A stretch of 64,000 nucleotides of DNA. Origin: Auanema rhodensis (lineage: Eukaryota > Animalia > Nematoda). Positions within the stretch are counted from its first letter, which is position 1, and each line of letters begins with the position of its first letter. Below, in pieces: positions 50,704-63,300 of the stretch. The notes beneath the pieces were generated by a model. The model did not search any database. It was not told the DNA's origin and worked only from the letters and a program-made list of their open reading frames with translations. A program made the translations under genes and the position numbers. The stretch covers positions 4,526,001 to 4,590,000 of the forward strand of contig OZ059899.1 of the NCBI GenBank assembly GCA_964057225.1. Reading direction: 5' to 3'.

Positions 50704-51727
50704 TGTTTTGGAGAACATTTATTATAATATTAAGCATCCAGCTTCTTATACGTCTGCCAAAAATCTATTATTGGAAGCGCGAAAGCATGGCATTGCAAAA
50801 GCACAAGTTGAAAGTTTTTTGCAAGACTCTGAAACTTTTACACGTCATAAACCAACCAGACTGCATATGCAGACTAAAAAGACTAGAGGCTGTGGTCGAT
50901 TCCTAACAATGCAAGCAGATTTGGTTGATATGCAAAAATATAAAAAATCAAATGACGGCTATGCTTACATGTTGACCATGATTGATGTTTATACACGCAT
51001 GTTATATGTTAGGCCTTTGAAAACTAAAGGTGGTTTAGAGGTTGCTACTGCATTTGAAAATGTATTCAAGGATTTTATACCAATCCAACTAATAACGGAT
51101 AACGGTGCAGAGTTTTATAATAGTCATTGTGAAAAACTATTCAAAAAATTTGCCATACTGCATGGATCAACAAGTTCACCACAAAAGGCGGCAATGGTGG
51201 AGCGAGCAAATAGAACTTTAAAAACGCGCATGATGAAATATCTCTATTACAAGAATAATCATCGATGGATTGATATACTAGATGACTTGGTCGAAGGAAT
51301 AAACAAATCTTATAATCGGTCGATTAAAATGCGCCCCGTAGATGTTACAGCAAATATATTCGTTGAAGAATATGCACCAGCTGTTCGCAACCGATTCAAA
51401 ATTGGTGATAATGTTCGCATAAGCAAGAACAGGCGTACTTTTGAAAAAAGTTACGAGTCTGGATATACAATGGAACTATTCACAATTGATGAGATTGTAG
51501 CCGGGAACCCAACCGTGTATAAACTTGTAGATTATAATGGTGAACGTATAAAGGGAATATTCTATGAGCCTGAACTTGTGTTGGCTACTAATAAAAGCAA
51601 CCAGTACTATATTGAGAAAGTTTTGAAAGAGCGTACACGAAATGGTAAACGCCAAGTATTTGTAAAATGGAGTGGCTATCCCGACAACTTTAATGAATGG
51701 ATAGATGCAGAAAATTTAAATGTATAA
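50660..51727 (+). CDS. Retroviral-type (rve/DDE) integrase with C-terminal chromodomain, 355 aa from first ATG
   Basis: QADLVDM (D), ITDNGAEF (D), VERANRTLK (E); FKIGDNVRI; chromodomain YYIEKVL...VFVKWSGYPDNFNEWI. Start is uncertain (the track uses GTG 50621). Confidence 0.95.
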   Translation: MAKDVNDSTLDYGSNVLENIYYNIKHPASYTSAKNLLLEARKHGIAKAQVESFLQDSETFTRHKPTRLHMQTKKTRGCGRFLTMQADLVDMQKYKKSNDGYAYMLTMIDVYTRMLYVRPLKTKGGLEVATAFENVFKDFIPIQLITDNGAEFYNSHCEKLFKKFAILHGSTSSPQKAAMVERANRTLKTRMMKYLYYKNNHRWIDILDDLVEGINKSYNRSIKMRPVDVTANIFVEEYAPAVRNRFKIGDNVRISKNRRTFEKSYESGYTMELFTIDEIVAGNPTVYKLVDYNGERIKGIFYEPELVLATNKSNQYYIEKVLKERTRNGKRQVFVKWSGYPDNFNEWIDAENLNV

Positions 51728-52025
51728 TTTTTCACTGTTGTTGTAAACAATTGTATTAATAATAAATGATTTATTTGATCAATCGTTCATATTGTAACAA
51801 TAAAAACCAGCAAAACATAAAAGCCAAGACAATGATATAACCTATAATTATAAACTGATTAATATTTAAATTTTTAATGCTTACCAGTTGGTTAGAGAGT
51901 CGGCTGTTGATGGATAATTTCAAACTTCGAAAGCTGGAAAAAAAAAAATGTTACGGCTAAGAAAATTTAAATATAACATAACAAAATCAACCAACTGTCC
52001 ATTAAACAGTTTGTGCTTGTTGTAG

Positions 52026-52619
52026 TCAAAACGATGGATCAAAACGGATAAGCATATTCAAGTTGAGCGCCTGTTGACTTAATTTAAAGTAGAACACATT
52101 CTGCTTATAACCAAAAGACTTGACAGTTGACTCATCAGTATAAATGGCAATGTAACCCATATTATTCAACAATTGTTTTGATGACATGCTAGAATAGGAA
52201 CGCATCTGTAAAAGAAAAAATAATAATTAGAATTAATAATTTTATAATCTCACATTGATTGTTGAATTTTCAGGTTTATAATGACGGAAAACTTTTAAAA
52301 GCCCTAAGGCATCATTCCTCGCTCTACACTTGACACAGAGGCTGAAACAGTGGTACTCGTCTACGACTTGCAATGTATCCCTACAAGTTTTGCAGAGACA
52401 TATTGGTCTCATAACTACAGGCTGTTGTGGAGAGCTATCCTTTGAGATTTGTACCTGCTTTTTTGGTGTGTCTAAACAAAAAATAATTAATAACAAAAAT
52501 AAAACCTTACCAAAGAATGTGGCAGCAAAGTTGGGTCCTGGTGTGGGTGGTCTTGGAACATCCGGTTCCGGTGTCGAAGGTACAATATTCTCTACATCAA
52601 CAAGAGCGGAACGCTTCAT
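52026..52619 (-). CDS. Spliced Pro-rich/Cys-rich accessory gene of unknown function (3' end uncertain)
   Basis: ATG at 52619 (MKRSALVDVENIVPSTPEPDVPRPPTP). Predicted introns 52510-52472 and 52253-52206. Contains CLCKTC...HCFSLCVKC. The third exon stops near 52026, but further intron-like segments lie at ~51934-51982 and ~51842-51884. Confidence 0.55.
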
Positions 52620-52734
52620 GTTTGTAGCCCAATTGGAGGCTTTTCCTAAACAACAACGAACTTTTACGTCTAGGGTCCAAGTAGAGTAGAGGAAAGTCCT
52701 AGCAGCAGTCTGTTGACGTTGGATCAGATCGTCG

Positions 52735-52842
52735 GCTTGTTGGCAGAGGTGGATCGGCGAGAAGACTTGGTGGCGGAGCTGGATCGGAGAGTAGACTTGT
52801 TGACAGAGCTGGATCGTAGAGTCGACTTGTTGGCGGAGCTGA
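52735..52842. repeat. 30-bp GC-rich minisatellite, ~3.6 copies
   Basis: ACTTGTTGGCGGAGCTGGATCGGAGAGTAG-like units. Confidence 0.85.
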
Positions 52843-52874
52843 AATGCAAATTTCGGTCTAAAAAATTTTGCCAC

Positions 52875-52882
52875 CTTTTATA
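52875..52882 (-). promoter_or_regulatory. Candidate TATA box for the right-end gene
   Basis: TATAAAAG on the minus strand upstream of the minisatellite and ATG 52619. Mirrors TATAAA at 39062-39067 upstream of pPolB. Confidence 0.4.
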
Positions 52883-53596
52883 CAAACTTTGTTGTAAAGC
52901 TCTACCCACTCCGCCTCTTTCACAAAACAGTTGACTGCTGTATGCGGCTTTTCTATTTGTTATATATTACAACAAATATATGCATTTATACATTAATTAG
53001 CAGTTTGTTGCGCAAACAGCTGCCAAATGCGCTAAAATACACCGATTGCGCCAACAGTTGCCGGATTAACAACCTGTAAACTATCCGTTTATTAATTACT
53101 TGTTACAGCATTCGATTTCGTAAATCCAAATATTTAACAATAATTCAACTCATTTGTGACAAGTCCTTATACAATAACAACTGTCAGCCAAAATTGTGGA
53201 ATATTACAATAGGATCGTTTAATATTGTATTCATATTCTTATTATAACAGCTGTGGTACACTCTTATTTTTATAGTTTAGGAAACACTAATTCAAAATGT
53301 TGGATCCTTCTGAGGAAACGCAGGATTGTTGCGAAAAACAGACTTGTACACATCCGATTACAAGTACAACATTTCCAGACACTTTGTAAAAAAGAAACTC
53401 TTACAAAATGTTAACACATGTTCTAATTTTAAATGAAAATTTATTGTTCAATAAATATATTACGAAACATTTATTCTATTCTTGAACATAGTTATGAAAT
53501 ACATTAGCTATCAGAACATTTATAAACTATTAGGGCTACAACAACAATTACTTTAAAGTAACATTTTGGATGCTAAAAAGTTTGAAAATATTCGTA

Positions 53597-54389
53597 TATA
53601 CTCATGACCCCTTGGCATAGTAAGTATTCTTTAGCGTTATGGGTACATGTGGTGTACAGCTATTTATCATATTTTTATGAACACAACTTTTGCCATGTGG
53701 TACATGTGTAGTGCACCTGTTTTAACGATCTTATCGAATTAACCTTCGATATGTGTTTCATTAAATTTAGTTTAAATATTTATTACTTCTTATCGAATTA
53801 ACCTTCGATATGAGTTCCATTGATTAACCCATAAGAGGTACGCTGAACATATTGATTACCTTTTAAAAATATTTAAATAAATAAAAAACAATATATATGA
53901 GAAATAATTTATTCAGTTTTAAACATACAATTAAAAAATATATAAATATTAAAATACATTTAAAAAGAAATATTATTAAAAACACATTTAAAAAGAAATA
54001 TTATTAAAAACACATTTAAAAAGAAACAATTAAATAATAATATTTACAAATACAATTTAAAATATATATAAATATTAAAAATACATTTAAAAAGAAATAA
54101 GTTTAAAAATATTTACAAATACAATTAACAAATATATAAATAATAAAAATTCATTTAAAATAATACATTAAAAAATAATTTTAAAAAAAAAAATCGTGCA
54201 TTTTGATCCATGCGCAGGCTCGAGAGCCTGCCTCGGGAGGAAAAGTATATTTTTGACAGCTGACGCCGAAAATATGATTTTGACAGCTGACGCCCCCAAA
54301 AGTATGATTTTAGCAGCTGACGCCCTCAAAAGTATGTTTTTAGCAACTGTTTGGGGGCGTGGTTAGTAAATTCGGCATGGCTCTCTACT
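53597..54389 (-). repeat. Right terminal inverted repeat (inner boundary approximate)
   Basis: Reverse complement of the left TIR, with fewer internal sub-repeats. Confidence 0.9.
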
Positions 54390-54395
54390 AGCGTT
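54390..54395 (+). repeat. Right target-site duplication AGCGTT
   Basis: ...CTCTCTACT|AGCGTT|TCTCAATG; the satellite continues in register. Confidence 0.97.
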
Positions 54396-57300
54396 TCTCA
54401 ATGTAGTATAGTGCATTCGATGCGGATTTTTAAGCTGCGTCGATCTGTGTTATCAGATTTGCGCTAGCTTAAAAATGCACCGAGATATCAACTGATATAT
54501 GTTCACACTTATATCCTCGATTTTCACCCTGAAGAATTAATTTTTTCGTTGAATAACATTGTCCATCGTCTTTGCCTTGAAAAAAGGAATCTAGAAGCAT
54601 CTACTTTTTGCTAAATTATTTTGAAATTTTTCGAAAAAATTTTTGTCAAAATGTTTTTGGAAGCAATGTTGAGTGTACATGGAAACTCAACATACACTAA
54701 TGCATCATTTTTCAAACGATCATAACTGATTTTTGTATTAAGCGTTTCTCAATGTAGTATAGTGCATTCGATGCGGATTTTTAAGCTGCGTCGATCTGTG
54801 TTATCAGATTTGCGCTAGCTTAAAAATGCACCGAGATATCAACTGATATATGTTCACACTTATATCCTCGATTTTCACCCTGAAGAATCAATTTTTTCAT
54901 TGAATAACATTGTCCATCGTCTTTGCCTTGAAAAAAGAAATCTAAAAACATCTACTTTTTGCTAAATTATTTTGAAATTTTTTGAAAAAATTTTTGTCAA
55001 AATGTTTTTGGAAGCAATGTTGAGTGTACATGGAAACTCAACATACACTAATGCATCATTTTTCAAACGATCATAACTGATTTTTGTATTAAGCGTTTCT
55101 CAATGTAGTATAGTGCATTCGATGCGTATTTTTAAGCTGCGTCGATCTGTGTTATCAGATTTGCGCTAGCTTAAAAATGCACCGAGATATCAACTGATAT
55201 ATGTTCACACTTATATCCTCGATTTTCACCCTGAAGAATCAATTTTTTCATTGAATAACATTGTCCATCGTCTTTGCCTTGAAAAAAGAAATCTAAAAAC
55301 ATCTACTTTTTGCTAAATTATTTTGAAATTTTTCGAAAAAATTTTTGTCAAAATGTTTTTGGAAGCAATGTTGAGTGTACATGGAAACTCAACATACACT
55401 AATGCATCATTTTTCAAACGATCATAACTGATTTTTGTATTAAGCGTTTCTCAATGTAGTATAGTGCATTCGATGCGGATTTTTAAGCTGCGTCGATCTG
55501 TGTTATCAGATTTGCGCTAGCTTAAAAATGCACCGATATATCAACTGATATAAGTTCACACTTATATCCTCGATTTTCACCCTGAAGAATCAATTTTTTC
55601 GTTGAATAACATTGTCCATCGTCTTTGCCTTGAAAAAAGGAATTTAGAAGCATCTACTTTTTGCTAAATTATTTTGAAATTTTTCGAAAAAAATTTTGTC
55701 AAAATGTTTTTGGAAGCAATGTTGAGTGTACATGGAAACTCAACATACACTAATGCATCATTTTTCAAACGATCATAACTGAATTTTGTATTAAGCGTTT
55801 CTCAATGTAGTATAGTGCATTCGATGCGGATTTTTAAGCTGCGTCGATCTGTGTTATCAGATTTGCGCTAGCTTAAAAATGCACCGAGATATCAACTGAT
55901 ATATGTTCACACTTATATCCTCGATTTTCACCCTGAAGAATCAATTTTTTCATTGAATAACATTGTCCATCGTCTTTGCCTTGAAAAAAGAAATCTAAAA
56001 ACATCTACTTTTTGCTAAATTATTTTGAAATTTTTTGAAAAAATTTTTGTCAAAATGTTTTTGGAAGCAATGTTGAGTGTACATGGAAACTCAACATACA
56101 CTAATGCATCATTTTTCAAACGATCATAACTGATTTTTGTATTAAGCGTTTCTCAATGTAGTATAGTGCATTCGATGCGTATTTTTAAGCTGCGTCGATC
56201 TGTGTTATCAGATTTGCGCTAGCTTAAAAATGCACCGAGATATCAACTGATATATGTTCACACTTATATCCTCGATTTTCACCCTGAAGAATCAATTTTT
56301 TCATTGAATAACATTGTCCATCGTCTTTGCCTTGAAAAAAGAAATCTAAAAACATCTACTTTTTGCTAAATTATTTTGAAATTTTTCGAAAAAATTTTTG
56401 TCAAAATGTTTTTGGAAGCAATGTTGAGTGTACATGGAAACTCAACATACACTAATGCATCATTTTTCAAACGATCATAACTGATTTTTGTATTAAGCGT
56501 TTCTCAATGTAGTATAGTGCATTCGATGCGGATTTTTAAGCTGCGTCGATCTGTGTTATCAGATTTGCGCTAGCTTAAAAATGCACCGATATATCAACTG
56601 ATATAAGTTCACACTTATATCCTCGATTTTCACCCTGAAGAATCAATTTTTTCGTTGAATAACATTGTCCATCGTCTTTGCCTTGAAAAAAGGAATTTAG
56701 AAGCATCTACTTTTTGCTAAATTATTTTGAAATTTTTCGAAAAAAATTTTGTCAAAATGTTTTTGGAAGCAATGTTGAGTGTACATGGAAACTCAACATA
56801 CACTAATGCATCATTTTTCAAACGATCATAACTGAATTTTGTATTAAGCGTTTCTCAATGTAGTATAGTGCATTCGATGCGGATTTTTAAGCTGCGTCGA
56901 TCTGTGTTATCAGATTTGCGCTAGCTTAAAAATGCACCGAGATATCAACTGATATATGTTCACACTTATATCCTCGATTTTCACCCTGAAGAATCAATTT
57001 TTTCATTGAATAACATTGTCCATCGTCTTTGCCTTGAAAAAAGAAATCTAAAAACATCTACTTTTTGCTAAATTATTTTGAAATTTTTTGAAAAAATTTT
57101 TGTCAAAATGTTTTTGGAAGCAATGTTGAGTGTACATGGAAACTCAACATACACTAATGCATCATTTTTCAAACGATCATAACTGATTTTTGTATTAAGC
57201 GTTTCTCAATGTAGTATAGTGCATTCGATGCGGATTTTTAAGCTGCGTCGATCTGTGTTATCAGATTTGCGCTAGCTTAAAAATGCACCGAGATATCAAC

Positions 57301-60300
57301 TGATATATGTTCACACTTATATCCTCGATTTTCACCCTGAAGAATCAATTTTTTCATTGAATAACATTGTCCATCGTCTTTGCCTTGAAAAAAGAAATCT
57401 AAAAACATCTACTTTTTGCTAAATTATTTTGAAATTTTTCGAAAAAATTTTTGTCAAAATGTTTTTGGAAGCAATGTTGAGTGTACATGGAAACTCAACA
57501 TACACTAATGCATCATTTTTCAAACGATCATAACTGATTTTTGTATTAAGCGTTTCTCAATGTAGTATAGTGCATTCGATGCGGATTTTTAAGCTGCGTC
57601 GATCTGTGTTATCAGATTTGCGCTAGCTTAAAAATGCACCGATATATCAACTGATATAAGTTCACACTTATATCCTCGATTTTCACCCTGAAGAATCAAT
57701 TTTTTCGTTGAATAACATTGTCCATCGTCTTTGCCTTGAAAAAAGGAATTTAGAAGCATCTACTTTTTGCTAAATTATTTTGAAATTTTTCGAAAAAAAT
57801 TTTGTCAAAATGTTTTTGGAAGCAATGTTGAGTGTACATGGAAACTCAACATACACTAATGCATCATTTTTCAAACGATCATAACTGAATTTTGTATTAA
57901 GCGTTTCTCAATGTAGTATAGTGCATTCGATGCGGATTTTCAAGCTGCGTCGATCTGTGTTATCAGATTTGCGCTAGCTTAAAAATGCACCGAGATATCA
58001 ACTGATATATGTTCACACTTATATCCTCGATTTTCACCCTGAAGAATCAATTTTTTCATTGAATAACATTGTCCATCGTCTTTGCCTTGAAAAAAGAAAT
58101 CTAAAAACATCTACTTTTTGCTAAATTATTTTGAAATTTTTTGAAAAAATTTTTGTCAAAATGTTTTTGGAAGCAATGTTGAGTGTACATGGAAACTCAA
58201 CATACACTAATGCATCATTTTTCAAACGATCATAACTGATTTTTGTATTAAGCGTTTCTCAATGTAGTATAGTGCATTCGATGCGGATTTTTAAGCTGCG
58301 TCGATCTGTGTTATCAGATTTGCGCTAGCTTAAAAATGCACCGAGATATCAACTGATATATGTTCACACTTATATCCTCGATTTTCACCCTGAAGAATCA
58401 ATTTTTTCATTGAATAACATTGTCCATCGTCTTTGCCTTGAAAAAAGAAATCTAAAAACATCTACTTTTTGCTAAATTATTTTGAAATTTTTCGAAAAAA
58501 TTTTTGTCAAAATGTTTTTGGAAGCAATGTTGAGTGTACATGGAAACTCAACATACACTAATGCATCATTTTTCAAACGATCATAACTGATTTTTGTATT
58601 AAGCGTTTCTCAATGTAGTATAGTGCATTCGATGCGGATTTTTAAGCTGCGTCGATCTGTGTTATCAGATTTGCGCTAGCTTAAAAATGCACCGATATAT
58701 CAACTGATATAAGTTCACACTTATATCCTCGATTTTCACCCTGAAGAATCAATTTTTTCGTTGAATAACATTGTCCATCGTCTTTGCCTTGAAAAAAGGA
58801 ATTTAGAAGCATCTACTTTTTGCTAAATTATTTTGAAATTTTTCGAAAAAAATTTTGTCAAAATGTTTTTGGAAGCAATGTTGAGTGTACATGGAAACTC
58901 AACATACACTAATGCATCATTTTTCAAACGATCATAACTGAATTTTGTATTAAGCGTTTCTCAATGTAGTATAGTGCATTCGATGCGGATTTTTAAGCTG
59001 CGTCGATCTGTGTTATCAGATTTGCGCTAGCTTAAAAATGCACCGAGATATCAACTGATATATGTTCACACTTATATCCTCGATTTTCACCCTGAAGAAT
59101 CAATTTTTTCATTGAATAACATTGTCCATCGTCTTTGCCTTGAAAAAAGAAATCTAAAAACATCTACTTTTTGCTAAATTATTTTGAAATTTTTTGAAAA
59201 AATTTTTGTCAAAATGTTTTTGGAAGCAATGTTGAGTGTACATGGAAACTCAACATACACTAATGCATCATTTTTCAAACGATCATAACTGATTTTTGTA
59301 TTAAGCGTTTCTCAATGTAGTATAGTGCATTCGATGCGGATTTTTAAGCTGCGTCGATCTGTGTTATCAGATTTGCGCTAGCTTAAAAATGCACCGAGAT
59401 ATCAACTGATATATGTTCACACTTATATCCTCGATTTTCACCCTGAAGAATCAATTTTTTCATTGAATAACATTGTCCATCGTCTTTGCCTTGAAAAAAG
59501 AAATCTAAAAACATCTACTTTTTGCTAAATTATTTTGAAATTTTTCGAAAAAATTTTTGTCAAAATGTTTTTGGAAGCAATGTTGAGTGTACATGGAAAC
59601 TCAACATACACTAATGCATCATTTTTCAAACGATCATAACTGATTTTTGTATTAAGCGTTTCTCAATGTAGTATAGTGCATTCGATGCGGATTTTTAAGC
59701 TGCGTCGATCTGTGTTATCAGATTTGCGCTAGCTTAAAAATGCACCGAGATATCAACTGATATAAGTTCACACTTATATCCTCGATTTTCACCCTGAAGA
59801 ATCAATTTTTTCGTTGAATAACATTGTCCATCGTCTTTGCCTTGAAAAAAGGAATCTAGAAGCATCTACTTTTTGCTAAATTATTCTGAAATTTTTCGAA
59901 AAAATTTTTGTCAAAATGTTTTTGGAAGCAATGTTGAGTGTACATGGAAACTCAACATACACTAATGCATCATTTTTCAAACGATCATAACTGATTTTTG
60001 TATTAAGCGTTTCTCAATGTAGTATAGTGCATTCGATGCGGATTTTTAAGCTGCGTCGATCTGTGTTATCAGATTTGCGCTAGCTTAAAAATGCACCGAG
60101 ATATCAACTGATATAAGTTCACACTTATATCCTCGATTTTCACCCTGAAGAATCAATTTTTTCATTGAATAACATTGTCCATCGTCTTTGCCTTGAAAAA
60201 AGAAATCTAAAAACATCTACTTTTTGCTAAATTATTTTGAAATTTTTCGAAAAAATTTTTGTCAAAATCTTTTTGGAAGCAATGTTGAGTGTACATGGAA

Positions 60301-63300
60301 ACTCAACATACAGTAATGCATCATTTTTCAAACGATCATAACTGATTTTTGTATCAAGCGTTTCTCAATGTAGTATAGTGCATTCGATGCGGATTTTTAA
60401 GCTGCGTCGATCTGTGTTATCAGATTTGCGCTAGCCTAAAAATGCACCGAGATATCAACTGATATATGTTCACACTTATATCCTCGATTTTCACCCTGAA
60501 GAATTAATTTTTTCGTTGAATAACATTGTCCATCGTCTTTGCCTTGAAAAAAGGAATCTAGAAGCATCTACTTTTTGCTAAATTATTTTGAAATTTTTCG
60601 AAAAAATTTTTGTCAAAATGTTTTTGGAAGCAATGTTGAGTGTACATGGAAACTCAACATACACTAATGCATCATTTTTCAAACGATCATAACTGATTTT
60701 TGTATTAAGCGTTTCTCAATGTAGTATAGTGCATTCGATGCGGATTTTTAAGCTGCGTCGATCTGTGTTATCAGATTTGCGCTAGCTTAAAAATGCACCG
60801 AGATATCAACTGATATAAGTTCACACTTATATCCTCGATTTTCACCCTGAAGAATCAATTTTTTCGTTGAATAACATTGTCCATCGTCTTTGCCTTGAAA
60901 AAAGAAATCTAAAAACATCTACTTTTTGCTAAATTATCTTGAAATTTTTCGAAAAAATTTTTGTCAAAATGTTTTTGGAAGCAATGTTGAGTGTACATGG
61001 AAACTCAACATACACTAATGCATCATTTTTCAAACGATCATAACTGATTTTTGTATCAAGCGTTTCTCAATGTAGTATAGTGCATTCGATGCGGATTTTT
61101 AAGCTGCGTCGATCTGTGTTATCAGATTTGCGCTAGCTTAAAAATGCACCGAGATATCAACTGATATAAGTTCACACTTATATCCTCGATTTTCACCCTG
61201 AAGAATCAATTTTTTCATTGAATAACATTGTCCATCGTCTTTGCCTTGAAAAAAGAAATCTAAAAACATCTACTTTTTGCTAAATTATTTTGAAATTTTT
61301 CGAAAAAATTTTTGTCAAAATCTTTTTGGAAGCAATGTTGAGTGTACATGGAAACTCAACATACAGTAATGCATCATTTTTCAAACGATCATAACTGATT
61401 TTTGTATCAAGCGTTTCTCAATGTAGTATAGTGCATTCGATGCGGATTTTTAAGCTGCGTCGATCTGTGTTATCAGATTTGCGCTAGCTTAAAAATGCAC
61501 CGAGATATCAACTGATATATGTTCACACTTATATCCTCGATTTTCACCCTGAAGAATTAATTTTTTCGTTGAATAACATTGTCCATCGTCTTTGCCTTGA
61601 AAAAAGGAATCTAGAAGCATCTACTTTTTGCTAAATTATTTTGAAATTTTTCGAAAAAATTTTTGTCAAAATGTTTTTGGAAGCAATGTTGAGTGTACAT
61701 GGAAACTCAACATACACTAATGCATCATTTTTCAAACGATCATAACTGATTTTTGTATTAAGCGTTTCTCAATGTAGTATAGTGCATTCGATGCGGATTT
61801 TTAAGCTGCGTCGATCTGTGTTATCAGATTTGCGCTAGCTTGAAAATGCACCGAGATATCAACTGATATAAGTTCACACTTATATCCTCGATTTTCACCC
61901 TGAAGAATCAATTTTTTCGTTGAATAACATTGTCCATCGTCTTTGCCTTGAAAAAAGAAATCTAAAAACATCTACTTTTTGCTAAATTATCTTGAAATTT
62001 TTCGAAAAAATTTTTGTCAAAATGTTTTTGGAAGCAATGTTGAGTGTACATGGAAACTCAACATACACTAATGCATCATTTTTCAAACGATCATAACTGA
62101 TTTTTGTATCAAGCGTTTCTCAATGTAGTATAGTGCATTCGATGCGGATTTTTAAGCTGCGTCGATCTGTGTTATCAGATTTGCGCTAGCTTAAAAATGC
62201 ACCGAGATATCAACTGATATATGTTCACACTTATATCCTCGATTTTCACCCTGAAGAATTAATTTTTTCGTTGAATAACATTGTCCATCGTCTTTGCCTT
62301 GAAAAAAGGAATCTAGAAGCATCTACTTTTTGCTAAATTATTTTGAAATTTTTCGAAAAAATTTTTGTCAAAATGTTTTTGGAAGCAATGTTGAGTGTAC
62401 ATGGAAACTCAACATACACTAATGCATCATTTTTCAAACGATCATAACTAATTTTTGTATTAAGCGTTTCTCAATGTAGTATAGTGCATTCGATGCGGAT
62501 TTTTAAGCTGCGTCGATCTGTGTTATCAGATTTGCGCTAGCTTAAAAATGCACCGAGATATCAACTGATATAAGTTCACACTTATATCTTCGATTTTCAC
62601 CCTGAAGAATTAATTTTTTCGTTGAATAACATTGTCCATCGTCTTCGCCTTGAAAAAAAGGAATCTAGAAGCATCTACTTTTTGCTAAATTATTTTGAAA
62701 TTTTTCGAAAAAATTTTTGTCAAAATGTTTTTGGAAGCAATGTTGAGTGTACATGGAAACTCAACATACACTAATGCATCATTTTTCAAACGATCATAAC
62801 TGATTTTTGTATTAAGCGTTTCTCAATGTAGTATAGTGCATTCGATGCGGATTTTTAAGCTGCGTCGATCTGTGTTATCAGATTTGCGCTAGCTTAAAAA
62901 TGCACCGAGATATCAACTGATATATGTTCACACTTATATCCTCGATTTTCACCCTGAAGAATCAATTTTTTCATTGAATAACATTGTCCATCGTCTTTGC
63001 CTTGAAAAAAGAAATCTAAAAACATCTACTTTTTGCTAAATTATTTTGAAATTTTTTGAAAAAATTTTTGTCAAAATGTTTTTGGAAGCAATGTTGAGTG
63101 TACATGGAAACTCAACATACACTAATGCATCATTTTTCAAACGATCATAACTGATTTTTGTATTAAGCGTTTCTCAATGTAGTATAGTGCATTCGATGCG
63201 GATTTTTAAGCTGCGTCGATCTGTGTTATCAGATTTGCGCTAGCTTAAAAATGCACCGAGATATCAACTGATATATGTTCACACTTATATCCTCGATTTT

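Larger units (their letters stand above)
37513..54389. mobile_element. Full-length Maverick/Polinton (polintovirus-like endogenous element), 16,877 bp
   Basis: Starts AGTAGAGAGCCATGCCGAATTTACTAACC and ends with its exact reverse complement. Flanked by a 6-bp direct repeat. Contains pPolB, rve integrase, ATPase, cysteine protease and major and minor capsid genes, the diagnostic Polinton set. Confidence 0.98.

Noticed and set aside
40649-50906. Antisense or alternate-frame ORFs overlapping core genes (e.g. 42021-, 43485-, 46429+, 47682+, 48209+, 50124-, 50694+)
   Set aside because: Shadows of well-supported genes, with no independent motifs.
52330-52689. 119-aa plus-strand ORF
   Set aside because: Antisense to the minus-strand gene, whose splice signals and Cys motif are more convincing.
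53297-53389. 30-aa ORF MLDPSEETQDCCEKQTCTHPITSTTFPDTL
   Set aside because: Too short, with no supporting context.
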